From an uncultured Gemmatimonadales bacterium (GTDB lineage Bacteria; Gemmatimonadota; Gemmatimonadetes; Gemmatimonadales; GWC2-71-9): a stretch of DNA of 64,000 nucleotides. The position numbers and the translations under genes were made by a program. The stretch covers positions 1-64,000 of the forward strand of contig CAWGSK010000008.1 in assembly GCA_963825055.1 (NCBI GenBank), in the 5' to 3' direction. The notes beneath the pieces are model-generated. The model was not told the DNA's origin, ran no database searches, and saw only the letters and a list, made by a program, of their open reading frames with translations. Positions 8,224-17,456 of the stretch are shown here, one piece after another (the first letter of the stretch is position 1; each line of letters opens with the position of its first letter).

Positions 8224-10053
8224 CTAATCCCCTACATCCAAGTTCACATGCGACGGGTATCCCCGCGAGCGATACACCCGGTGCGTCTGCGCCTGGTAAT
8301 CGCCGGCAGTCGCCTTGAAGATATTGGGCACCCACGTCTGGGGATTCCGGTCGATGATCGGGAACCACGAGCTCTGCACTTGCACCATGATCCGGTGGCC
8401 CTTCAGGAACCGGTAGTCCTGGGTGTGCATGTCCACCGTGAAGGCGACCACGCTGTCCGACGGAATGGGGGTGGGATGCTCCCAGCTGTCGCGATAGCGC
8501 CCCCGCAGGACGTCGTTGGCCACCATAAGCTGATAGCCGCCCAGCTTCGGGTCGGGCGCGTACTCCTCGGGGTAGACGTCGATGAGCTTGACCACCCAGT
8601 CGGCGTCCTGACCGGTGGTGCTGGCAAAGAGTCGGGCGGCAATGTTGCCGCGCACCACGACGTCCTCGGTGAGCGGGTCGGTCTCCCAGACCAGCACGTC
8701 GGGCCGGGACGAGGCCAGGCGCTGGTCCTGCAGCAGCCAGGTGTACCAGCCGGATCCGCCCGGGTAGTAGGTCGGCTCGATGGGCCGGTGACGGTACGGC
8801 ACCGGGTCGGCCGGGTCGGAGAGGTAGCTGTCGACGCTGTCGGGTGACGCCGCTGGGGCATCGAACGAGAGCTTGCCCCCGGCCCGGAAGTAGAGCCGCT
8901 TTTCCCGCGCGCCTTTCGCAGGCCACGCGTCGTTCCGTACCCACCTGTTGGCGCCGGATTCCCAGGTGAGCGCTTCGGGCAGGGTCATCTCGCCCTGGTC
9001 CTTCAGGTAATAGGCGAAGAACGGCGCCTGCACGCTGTCGCGGAAGAATTCGCCGGTGGGGCTGCCGAAATCGATGTTCCCCAGCTTCTGCCCCGGGCCG
9101 CCGGCCCAGCCGCCGTGATTCCAGGGGCCGACCACCAGCCGGCTCAGGTGCTTCGTGTCGTGCGGCTCCATCGCTTCGTAAATGCGGATCGGCCCGTAGA
9201 AATCCTCCTGGTCCCACCACCCGGCAACGTTGAGCGTCGGCACGGTGACCTTCGTCAGATAGGGCGCGATGGTCTGCCGCTGCCAGAAGGCGTCGTAGTC
9301 CGGGTGCGCCACGTAATCGTTCCAGGTGGGGAGCGAGCCGTGGAGGATGCTGTCGTTCACGTTCGAGAGCGGGCCCAGCTCGCGGTACCAGTCATAGGTG
9401 TCGTAGCGGTCGAACGTGAAATTGCTGTTGGTGTCGGACGCCTCGGTGAGCACCGCATACTCGAAACCGTAGCTCAGCCGGAACGCGCCCTGGTGGTGAA
9501 AGTCGTCGCCCATCCACATGTCGGCCGGGGAGGCCTGGGGCGACGCAGCCTTGAGCGCGGGGTGCGGATCGATCAGCGCCATGGCCGTGGTCCAGCCCGG
9601 ATAGGAAATGCCCAGCATTCCCACCCGTCCGGAGTTGCCGGGCACATGCTTGACCAGCCAGTCGATCGTGTCCCAGGCGTCGGTGCTTTCGTCCACAGCC
9701 TTCCTGTCGGTCAGGTGGAGGGGTGGCCGCTGCATGACGAAGGTGCCTTCGCTGCCGTATCGACCGCGGATGTCCTGAAAGGCGAAGATGTAGCCGTCCC
9801 GGGCCAGCGCGGCGTAGTAGCCGCGGAGGTTGCCGGCCAGCCGATGGTCGATGCCGTATGGGGTGCGGGTCAGGATGATGGGCAGCTTGCCGGTCGCGTT
9901 CTTCGGCACGTAGAAAGTGGTATGCAGCTTCACCCCGTCCCGCATGGGGACCATGACCTCCGTCCCGGTGTACGCGGTGGTGTCCTGCTGTGCGGCGAGG
10001 GGTACCGCGAACAGCCCTAGGATGAGCAGGTGGCGCAGCAGGAGTCGGCGCAT
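8224..10053 (-). CDS. CocE/NonD family hydrolase (alpha-amino acid ester hydrolase/glutaryl-7-ACA acylase-like)
   Basis: Signal peptide, 'MRDGVKL', 'RTPY', 'QDIRGRYGSEG', nucleophile motif 'GISYPG', 'GPWNHG'. Confidence 0.9.
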   Translation of the reverse strand: MRRLLLRHLLILGLFAVPLAAQQDTTAYTGTEVMVPMRDGVKLHTTFYVPKNATGKLPIILTRTPYGIDHRLAGNLRGYYAALARDGYIFAFQDIRGRYGSEGTFVMQRPPLHLTDRKAVDESTDAWDTIDWLVKHVPGNSGRVGMLGISYPGWTTAMALIDPHPALKAASPQASPADMWMGDDFHHQGAFRLSYGFEYAVLTEASDTNSNFTFDRYDTYDWYRELGPLSNVNDSILHGSLPTWNDYVAHPDYDAFWQRQTIAPYLTKVTVPTLNVAGWWDQEDFYGPIRIYEAMEPHDTKHLSRLVVGPWNHGGWAGGPGQKLGNIDFGSPTGEFFRDSVQAPFFAYYLKDQGEMTLPEALTWESGANRWVRNDAWPAKGAREKRLYFRAGGKLSFDAPAASPDSVDSYLSDPADPVPYRHRPIEPTYYPGGSGWYTWLLQDQRLASSRPDVLVWETDPLTEDVVVRGNIAARLFASTTGQDADWVVKLIDVYPEEYAPDPKLGGYQLMVANDVLRGRYRDSWEHPTPIPSDSVVAFTVDMHTQDYRFLKGHRIMVQVQSSWFPIIDRNPQTWVPNIFKATAGDYQAQTHRVYRSRGYPSHVNLDVGD

Positions 10054-10094
10054 GGAATTCTCGTGTTCCGGGTCAGGGGGGTGGTACGGAATAC

Positions 10095-10192
10095 GATAAC
10101 ACGAAAAGATACTTCCCGCGCACCGCCCCTCCGTGTCCTCCGTGCCTCCGTGGTAAACGACTGACGACTCAACGACCAACGACTCAACGATC
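10095..10192. repeat. intergenic repeat cluster (CTCCGTG-type x3; ACGACTCA-type)
   Basis: ctccgtgtcctccgtgcctccgtggt followed by acgactg-acgactca-acgacca-acgactca. Confidence 0.65.
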
Positions 10193-10257
10193 CGCCCCCT
10201 CTTGCGCCCCCTGCTCCAGTCAGCATACTGGGGAAATCACCTCTCATCCGGTGCCGC

Positions 10258-11421
10258 ATGCCTCTCAAAGTCATCCTCCCGGCGGCCCTTCTTCTCCTCC
10301 TGCCCGTGACCTCCCACGCGCAGAAGGACAAGCGGGATCCAAAGGTCCTCCTGGCCATCGTCCAGGCAGACTCCAATGACCCCGTAGCCCACTACGACCT
10401 GGCCCGGGCCTATCTCGAAAAGAAGAAATGGGACGAAGCCGAGTCGGAGCTCCGGGAAGCCGTGGCGCTGGCGCCGCAATACGGCGACGCCTACCTGGCC
10501 CTGGGCCTCATCCCGGAGTACCGGGGCGAGAAGTACTTCAAGAACCTGATCAAGAAGCAGGGGGAGCACGCTGCGGACTCGGTGGCCCTGGAAAGCATGG
10601 CCTACCAGCGCCGGGCCTACCTGCTGAACCCGCTGCTGGATCTGTCGGTGCTGCCGCGGGCACCCGAGGTTCCCACCCTGACGATCAACGGCCGGGGATA
10701 CGTGGTGTCCTGGGCCTGGCAGATGTCCAAGGGGATCAATGCCCTCCGGATGGAGAAATACCCGGAGGCGCTCCGGCGCTTTGGCGAAGTCGTCGGGGAC
10801 AGCGGTACGATCTACCGGTTCATTGCGCCGGACGCCGCCTTCTTCTATCACGCCATGGCCGCTGCCCGGATGCAGCGGTACGACGTCGCGGTGGAAGACC
10901 TCTGGCTGCTGGTGCAGCGGCGCGTGGAACGGGAGGAGCAGCGCCTCGGCTTCTCGATGGACACCAACGACTACCGCTACATGCTGGCCACGATGCTCTT
11001 CCTGGACGGCCGGTTCGACCAGGCCATCCCCGTGTTCAGGCGGACCCTGGAGTTCGACGTCGGTCTCTACCAGTCCCATGTGCAGCTGGCCCGCATGCAC
11101 GAGGCCCGGAAGGAGTGGGACGAGGCCGTGGCCGAGCGAGAGGCCGCCATCATGGCCAATCCCGATGACGCCACCCTGCTGGTGGACCTGGCCGCCACGC
11201 TCATCCAGGTGGGACGGATCCCCGATGCCATCACCCCACTCGAGCAGGCCACCCGCCAGGCGCCGCGCGACCCGCGCGGGTTCTACCTGCTGGGCATCGC
11301 CCGCATGCGCGCGGGTGACGTGGAGGCATCGCATGAGGCGTTCCGGCAGTTCCTGGCCATCGCGCCATCCAGATACGCGACGCAGATTACGGAGGTGAAA
11401 GAGGAACTGCGTGAACGGTGA
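10258..11421 (+). CDS. secreted tetratricopeptide repeat protein
   Basis: Signal peptide and multiple TPR-like repeats ('AHYDLARAYL', 'AYLALG', 'FYLLGIA'). Confidence 0.85.
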   Translation: MPLKVILPAALLLLLPVTSHAQKDKRDPKVLLAIVQADSNDPVAHYDLARAYLEKKKWDEAESELREAVALAPQYGDAYLALGLIPEYRGEKYFKNLIKKQGEHAADSVALESMAYQRRAYLLNPLLDLSVLPRAPEVPTLTINGRGYVVSWAWQMSKGINALRMEKYPEALRRFGEVVGDSGTIYRFIAPDAAFFYHAMAAARMQRYDVAVEDLWLLVQRRVEREEQRLGFSMDTNDYRYMLATMLFLDGRFDQAIPVFRRTLEFDVGLYQSHVQLARMHEARKEWDEAVAEREAAIMANPDDATLLVDLAATLIQVGRIPDAITPLEQATRQAPRDPRGFYLLGIARMRAGDVEASHEAFRQFLAIAPSRYATQITEVKEELRER

Positions 11422-11490
11422 ACGGTGAACGGTGAACGGTGATCGGTGAAAAGGCGGTCCGCCCTGTCCGCCCTGACCGCCCTGACCCTC
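11411..11490. repeat. tandem repeats (GTGAACG)x4-5 then (CCGCCCTGW)x3
   Basis: Read directly; the TPR stop TGA (11419-11421) lies in a repeat unit. Confidence 0.9.
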
Positions 11491-11512
11491 CCGTCCGCCC
11501 TTCCCTCCCCCC

Positions 11513-11542
11513 TTGACATTTCCATGTTATAACACATATTTT
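11513..11542 (+). promoter_or_regulatory. sigma70-like promoter overlapped by putative MarR operator TGTTATAACA
   Basis: TTGACA 11513-11518, TATTTT 11537-11542, perfect palindrome 11525-11534. Confidence 0.6.
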
Positions 11543-11546
11543 GTCC

Positions 11547-12014
11547 ATGTGCCCTGACTTGAAGGTCGAGATCGGCCAGACGGCCCCCTTCACCAGCCTC
11601 GAGCAGGAGGTCTTCCTGAACCTGGTGAGGACCTCCGCCGTCCTGGAGCACAAGGTCGCGGATGCGCTGAAGCCGTATGGACTTACGCTCACGCAGTACA
11701 ACGTCCTGCGGATCCTCCGCGGGGCCGGGCCGGAGGGGCTCTGCCGTCACGAGGTGCTGGCCCGGATGCTGACTCCGGTGCCGGACGCCAGCCGCCTGCT
11801 GGACCGGCTGGAGGGGTGCGGACTGGTGACCCGGACCCGGAGCACGGAGGACCGCCGCCTGGTGGCGTCCAGGCTCACCGACCGGGGCAGGGAACTCCTC
11901 GCGGAGATGGATGAGCCGGTCGCGGAGCTGCACCGCCGGCACCTGGGGCACATGAACCGGAAAGACCTGAAAGAACTCGCGGCCCTGCTCAGGTCCGCAC
12001 GCGAGGGAACCTGA
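11547..12014 (+). CDS. MarR family transcriptional regulator
   Basis: 'YGLTLTQYNVLRILRG', 'SRLLDRLE..GLV.R.RS.EDRR...LTDRG'. Confidence 0.92.
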   Translation: MCPDLKVEIGQTAPFTSLEQEVFLNLVRTSAVLEHKVADALKPYGLTLTQYNVLRILRGAGPEGLCRHEVLARMLTPVPDASRLLDRLEGCGLVTRTRSTEDRRLVASRLTDRGRELLAEMDEPVAELHRRHLGHMNRKDLKELAALLRSAREGT

Positions 12015-12034
12015 TCTCTTGTTGGCTTGTTATA

Positions 12035-12059
12035 TGTTACAACACTGAATGTTTCAACA
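12035..12059. promoter_or_regulatory. two putative MarR operators (TGTTACAACA, TGTTTCAACA)
   Basis: Same TGTTnnAACA motif as upstream of marR, at 12035-12044 and 12050-12059. Confidence 0.55.
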
Positions 12060-12075
12060 TGCAAGGAGCGAAACC

Positions 12076-12642
12076 ATGACCAGCACGACGAGCACCCCGG
12101 CCACCGGCACCACGACCTGGCAGATCGACCCGGCCCACACGCAGGTGGGGTTCGAGGTGAAGCACATGATGTTCGCGAAGGTTCGCGGACGGTTCGAGAA
12201 GGTCGAGGGAGCCATCCTCCTCGGCGAGGACGGGAGCCTGGCCGGCTCGGAGGTGGAGGCCATCATCGAGAGCGCCAGCATCAACACCGGCGTGGCGCAG
12301 CGGGACGAGCACCTCCGCTCACCGGACTTCTTCAACGTCGCGACGTACCCGACGCTCTCGTTCCGGAGCCGCTCGGTGGTGCAGGGCGATGACGGCACGC
12401 TGAAGGTGACCGGCGACCTCACCATCCGCGACGTGACCCGCGAGGTGGAGCTCGAGGCATCCGAGACCGGACGTGGTACCGATCCCTGGGGCAACGAGCG
12501 CATCGGGTTCTCGGCCAGCACGACGATCGACCGCAGGGAATTTGGGCTGGAGTGGAATCAGGCCCTGGAAACCGGTGGGATCCTGGTCGGTAACGAGGTG
12601 AAGATCACGCTGGAGGTGCAGGCGGTGCAGCGGCAGGCGTAG
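12076..12642 (+). CDS. YceI family protein
   Basis: AAGGAG RBS; 'WQIDPAHT.VGF.VKHMM...VRGRF', 'RDEHLRSPDFF', 'GDLTIRDVT', 'DPWGN.R.GF'. Confidence 0.95.
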   Translation: MTSTTSTPATGTTTWQIDPAHTQVGFEVKHMMFAKVRGRFEKVEGAILLGEDGSLAGSEVEAIIESASINTGVAQRDEHLRSPDFFNVATYPTLSFRSRSVVQGDDGTLKVTGDLTIRDVTREVELEASETGRGTDPWGNERIGFSASTTIDRREFGLEWNQALETGGILVGNEVKITLEVQAVQRQA

Positions 12643-12654
12643 GGGCGCGGTGCG

Positions 12655-12836
12655 GGGCAGAAGGGAGTAGGGAGTAGGGAGTAGGGAGTAGGCAGTAGGC
12701 AGAAGGGAGTAGGGAGGGAGTATGGGCGTTGAGTCGTTCATGCCGGGCGGCGGAATGCCCTTTTCACGACCTCCCTCCCTGCGACCGCCCTGTTCTCGAC
12801 CGCCTGTCCGCCTGTCCGCCTGCCCGCCTGTCCGCC
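12655..12836. repeat. tandem repeats (AGGGAGT)n at 12655-12721 and (CCGCCTGT)x4 at 12800-12836
   Basis: Read directly, between convergent genes. Confidence 0.9.
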
Positions 12837-12838
12837 AC

Positions 12839-14311
12839 CTACTTCCGATACCCCGCCACCATCTCCTCCAGGCTCTCCCCAGCCCGAAGGCGCTCGTACC
12901 AGCCCGCCGTGATCAGCCAGTCCCTGAACAGTGGGGCCAGCTCCGGTTCCACTCGACGCCCTCCATGGCGTCCACGAACTGACGCGACGTGCTGCCGCGT
13001 GGATCGGTACTTCCGGAACCAGGCGGACAGGGCCCGGTCGAAACTCTCCTCTCCGAGGGTGCGGTAGAGGGCGTAGAACATGAGCGCACCGGTGCGGTAG
13101 GATAGTCCTGTCATCCCCGCGCGCCCGTAGTCCAGCATGGGAACGCCGGGGTGTCCGGCGCTCTCGACGCGCTGTCACCTGCCCGGCCGCGATGTCGGCA
13201 AAGGTCTTCTCGAGCGGCCCGATCTCCCCCCGGTCCGCCGCCATGCGATAGGAGAGGAAGGTGGCCAGCCCTTCATTCCACCGCGGCGGGGCGCTGTCAA
13301 CGTCGGCCGGGTGCCAGAGATGGGCCAGTTCGTGGTACAGCTGGACGAGTTCAGTGGTATCCCGGAAGGCGTCGGCGGTCTGGATGATGCCCGCGTTCAG
13401 GTCCGCCTGCGAACCCCAGCCCTCCGGAATCTCGATCACATGCAGCCGCAGCCTGGATCCCACCGGACCGAACCAGCGGCCGTAGGTCCTCACGGCATCC
13501 TGCATGGCTCCCATGACGGTCCGCGCGCCCGACGAGTCCTCCGGGAAGTAGAAGACCCGGAGATCGCCCTCGGTCAGCGTTTCATACGGGGCGATCGCGA
13601 CAAGAAGGAAGGGGACAGGCGTATCGGACGCGAATGTCCAGGTGGACAGGCTGTCCGACTCGACCCTCGCCGTCGCGGCCGTTCCCGTTGCGACCACCAG
13701 GTCCGCCGGCACGGTCACGCGGAGGGCATAGGTGAACCCTCCTGCCGGCATCGCTCTCGACTGCTCGAACGACGGCACCCGGATCTGGGGGAACCCGAAG
13801 GACTCCGCGCGCAGGATCGTGAAGGAGCGCTCCACGTGGTCCCGCACGTAACGCATCCCCGTCTCGGTGTAGGGGACGAGAAAACCGGACCAGGCGATCG
13901 TGACGTCGGTCCGGGCGCCGGGGCTCGAGTGGAGTATCGAGGCGGACCCGGAGCTGGGTGACCTGGCGATTCGGCCAGTCCTCATAGACAACCACGTCCT
14001 GGGTGAAGTCGAGGCTCCTCCCGGCTCGTGTGACGGCGCCGGCCTGCATGAGCCGGCCGATCTGCACCGGGATGACACCAATCGGCGTCGTGCCCGTATT
14101 CTCCAGGGTCCAGATTGCCTCGCCGTCGATCGAAGCATCTGCATAGTTCACCCTGACCTGGAGGTCGAGGTGGACGGGAAGGATCGCAAGGCTGTCGGGT
14201 GGCGCAGCCGGTGACCGGGTCGATCCGGCGGTGCGGGTTCCGGGGGCGGCGGCGACGATGGACGCTCAGGAGGACGAGCCAACCCGTCACCCTGAGGCTG
14301 CTGCGGTGCAT
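12839..14311 (-). pseudogene. multiply frameshifted secreted M1/gluzincin aminopeptidase-like gene
   Basis: One protein logic split over several frames; 'YHELAHLW...WNEGLA' in the 12738-14144 ORF, 'Y.TGALMFYAL...LGEE.F' in the 12839-13138 ORF, signal-like start at 14311. Confidence 0.75.
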
Positions 14312-14396
14312 GGATCACTCCTCTCGCCGGGGGATCTCGGGGGCGGCTGTGGAACGATCAGGTGCAATCATGACGCTCCGGGAATCTATCGGGTTT

Positions 14397-14457
14397 CCGA
14401 CCGCCCCGACCGCCCCTTCCGCCCTGTCGTCGTCCGCCCTGTCGTCGTCCGCCCCGT
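14397..14457. repeat. C-rich degenerate repeat (CCGCCC...)
   Basis: ccgaccgccccgaccgcccc and (ccgccctgtcgtcgt)x2 upstream of the APC gene. Confidence 0.6.
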
Positions 14458-14516
14458 CTTGCCCTCCTCCGCCCCCATCCCTACACTGCGAACATCCCCA
14501 ATCCCACGGAGCGGCC

Positions 14517-16775
14517 GTGCCGGTTGAAGTCCGCCTGAGCCGCGAGATGCGGTTGATTGACGTCACCATGATCGGTGTCGGCGCCATGATCGGTGCCGGC
14601 ATTTTCGTGTTGACCGGCATCGCGGCCGGTGTGGCGGGCCCGGCACTCCTGCTCGTCTTCCTGCTGAACGGTTTCGTCGCCCTGCTCACCGCCATGGCCT
14701 ACGCCGAGCTGGGCGGCGCCATCCACGGCGCCGGCGGCGGCTACCTCTGGATCAAGCAGTCCCTGCCGGACCCGAGCGGCTTCCTGGCCGGCTGGATGGA
14801 CTGGTTCGCCCACGCCGTGGCCTGTTCCCTCTACGCCCTGGGCTTCGGCGCCTATTTCCGGGAGCTGCTCACCGTGCTCGGCATCCGCGAGGTGCACATG
14901 CCGGTGGCCCCGCTCGAGATCTGGGCGGCGGTGGGTGCCTGCGCCATCTTCGCCTTCATCAATTACCGGGGCGCCTCGGAGGCGGGGAAGGCCGGCAACG
15001 TGGTGACGCTGGGCAAGGTCGCCATCATCGGCGCGTTCATCGCGGTGGGGCTCTATGCGATGGCCCAGAAGACCAACTGGCAGGCCGCTTTCAGCCCGTT
15101 CATGAGCGAGGGATGGGGCGGGATCTTCGCCGCCATGGGCCTCACGTTCATCGCCTTCGAGGGCTACGAGATCATCGCCCAGACCAGCGAGGAAGTGGAG
15201 AACCCCAAGCGCAACATCCCCCGCGCGGTGTTCCTGTCGCTCATCATCGTGATCCCGATCTACCTCCTGGTGGCACTCGTGGCGATCGGCGCGGTGACCC
15301 CGCCGGCCGGCATTTCGGTGACGCAGTACCTGGGAGAGGAGAAGGAGGTCGCCCTGGTCTCCGCCGCCAACCAGTTCGTGGTGGGCGGCGGGATCGTCAT
15401 CCTGGTAGGCGGGCTCCTCTCCACGCTCTCAGCGTTGAACGCGACGATCTACTCCTCCTCGCGGGTGGCCTTCGCCATGGCGCGCGACGCCAGCCTCCCC
15501 CAGGCCGTCGCGAAGGTGCATCCGACCAGGGGCACGCCGCACGTGGCGATCCTGGTGTCCACCCTGCTCATCATTGCGATGGCGATCGCGCTGCCGATCG
15601 AGGACGTGGCCGCCGCAGCCAGCGTGATGTTCCTGCTGCTCTTCGGCGGGGTGAACGTCGCGCTCGTCCGGCTCCGGAAGCTGCAGCCGCACCTGGACCG
15701 CGGTTTCAAGGTCCCGTTCCTTCCCCTCACCCCGATCCTCGCGATCGCGGCGATGCTGTTCGTGGCCGTGTTCATGTTCGTGGGCTACCCGCTCGCCTGG
15801 GCGGCGGCCGGCGGCTGGATCGTCCTGGGCTGGTTCTTCTACATGGGCTACAGCCGCAAGCGGGAGACGGCCTTCCAGGCCCGCACGTCGTGGATGGAGC
15901 GGATCGAGCGGGACGAGTATCGCGTGATGGTGGCACTCGCCGACCGTGAGAGCCTGCCGACGCTCATGGAGACCGCGCTGGCCATCGCCCGGACCCACAA
16001 GGGCGAAGTCGTCGCGGTCACGGTCCTGGAGATTCCCGATGGTGAGCCGATCACCTCCGGATTGAACCTGCCGCTCCGCGTCGAGGCACGGCTGGAGGAG
16101 GCGGTCCGTTACGGCCGCGAGCGCGGCATGGAAGTGCGCCCGGTGGTGGAGGTCGGCCGCCGGATGAGCCACGCGCTGGTGCAGGCCGCCCGCGAGGCCG
16201 GCTGCAACTTCCTCGTCCTGGGCCAACCCAGGCTGCAGTCATTCCTGGAGCGGCTGCTGCCGACGGCGGTGGATCGCGTGCTGGAGCAGGCGCCCTGCCA
16301 GGTCGCGGTGGTGTATGGCCGGATCGTGCCCGGGGCGGTGAAGCGGATCGCACTGCCCGTGACCACGGGCGCGAACGCGGCGCTGGCCGCCCGGCTCGCC
16401 CCCGCCTTCAGCGAGTGGTTCAATGCCGACATCCGGGCGCTGACCGTGATCGATCGTTCCCTGAACGACACCGAAGTGGGCCAGCGGGCCGCCGAGGCAC
16501 AGACCGTACTGGAAGGGGCGGAGCTGAACCGGGAACTCGAGGTGCTCCGGCGGCGCGACCCGGCCATCGGGCTCTACCGCGCCATCAAGGATGGGGAGCT
16601 GGTGCTGATCGGCGCTCCGTCCAGCGGTCCGCTGGTGCCTCTCGTGGGCCAGACCATGCCGGGCATCATCGCCGGCCGCCACCGGAATCCCGTCATCGTC
16701 ATCCGCGCCGTGGAGGAACAGCGCTCCGGCGGGAAGGCGGACGTCTTCTTCTCGAGGAAGCAGGCAGCCCAATGA
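14517..16775 (+). CDS. APC amino acid permease fused to tandem universal stress protein domains
   Basis: 'GVGAMIGAGIF', 'YAELG', 'FIAFEGYE', many TM helices; soluble C-terminus with USP-like 'VMVAL...DRVLEQAPCQVAVV'. Confidence 0.9.
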   Translation: MPVEVRLSREMRLIDVTMIGVGAMIGAGIFVLTGIAAGVAGPALLLVFLLNGFVALLTAMAYAELGGAIHGAGGGYLWIKQSLPDPSGFLAGWMDWFAHAVACSLYALGFGAYFRELLTVLGIREVHMPVAPLEIWAAVGACAIFAFINYRGASEAGKAGNVVTLGKVAIIGAFIAVGLYAMAQKTNWQAAFSPFMSEGWGGIFAAMGLTFIAFEGYEIIAQTSEEVENPKRNIPRAVFLSLIIVIPIYLLVALVAIGAVTPPAGISVTQYLGEEKEVALVSAANQFVVGGGIVILVGGLLSTLSALNATIYSSSRVAFAMARDASLPQAVAKVHPTRGTPHVAILVSTLLIIAMAIALPIEDVAAAASVMFLLLFGGVNVALVRLRKLQPHLDRGFKVPFLPLTPILAIAAMLFVAVFMFVGYPLAWAAAGGWIVLGWFFYMGYSRKRETAFQARTSWMERIERDEYRVMVALADRESLPTLMETALAIARTHKGEVVAVTVLEIPDGEPITSGLNLPLRVEARLEEAVRYGRERGMEVRPVVEVGRRMSHALVQAAREAGCNFLVLGQPRLQSFLERLLPTAVDRVLEQAPCQVAVVYGRIVPGAVKRIALPVTTGANAALAARLAPAFSEWFNADIRALTVIDRSLNDTEVGQRAAEAQTVLEGAELNRELEVLRRRDPAIGLYRAIKDGELVLIGAPSSGPLVPLVGQTMPGIIAGRHRNPVIVIRAVEEQRSGGKADVFFSRKQAAQ

Positions 16776-17443
16776 CCCAGATCCCCACGTCCGGCACGCT
16801 CGCCGAGTTCCAGCAGCGGCTGTCGACCTATCTCCCGACGCTCGCCGCCGGCCTGGTGCTGCTGCTGGTTGGCCTGGGCGTCGGCTGGCTCGCCAAGCGG
16901 GCCGTCATCCGTGCGCTCGTCTGGCTCCGGCTCGACCGGCTCGGCGCCAGCCGGTCCTGGCGCGCAGCCTTCGCGAAGGGTGACTGGCGCGAGGCGCTGT
17001 ACAACGTCGTGGGTACCGTGGTCATGGTGCTGATCGTGCTCGTGTTCCTCGACAACGCCCTCCAGATCTGGGGGCTCGTGGTCCTGTCCCGCCTGGTGGA
17101 CCAGGTGCTGTTCTACCTGCCCAATCTCGGCATGGTGCTGGCCATCAGCGCCTTCGGCATCCTGCTGGCCAACGCCCTGGCAGGCCGGGTGGAGGAAGCA
17201 CTGGAGGAGGAAGGAATCGCGCGGGCGCGGCTGGTGGCGAAGGTCTTCAAGGGAGCCCTGCTGGCCGTCGTGGGCGCGCTCGCCCTGTGGGAACTCAACT
17301 TCGCCCGGCAGATCGTGCTCGGCGCGTTCCTGATCGGGTTCGGCGCGATCGGCGTGGCCTTCGCTCTGGGCGTGGGGGTCGGGTCCTCCCGCGTGTTTCA
17401 GCGCGCCTGGGATGCGATGCTGGACAAGACGAAGGACCGGTAG
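16772..17443 (+). CDS. MscS-type TM-helix membrane protein (CmpX-like)
   Basis: ATGA-coupled to the APC gene; repeated 'YLPTL/YLPNL' helices, 'AFALGVG.G'. Confidence 0.75.
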   Translation: MTQIPTSGTLAEFQQRLSTYLPTLAAGLVLLLVGLGVGWLAKRAVIRALVWLRLDRLGASRSWRAAFAKGDWREALYNVVGTVVMVLIVLVFLDNALQIWGLVVLSRLVDQVLFYLPNLGMVLAISAFGILLANALAGRVEEALEEEGIARARLVAKVFKGALLAVVGALALWELNFARQIVLGAFLIGFGAIGVAFALGVGVGSSRVFQRAWDAMLDKTKDR

Positions 17444-17456
17444 CGTCCCGGGTGGG

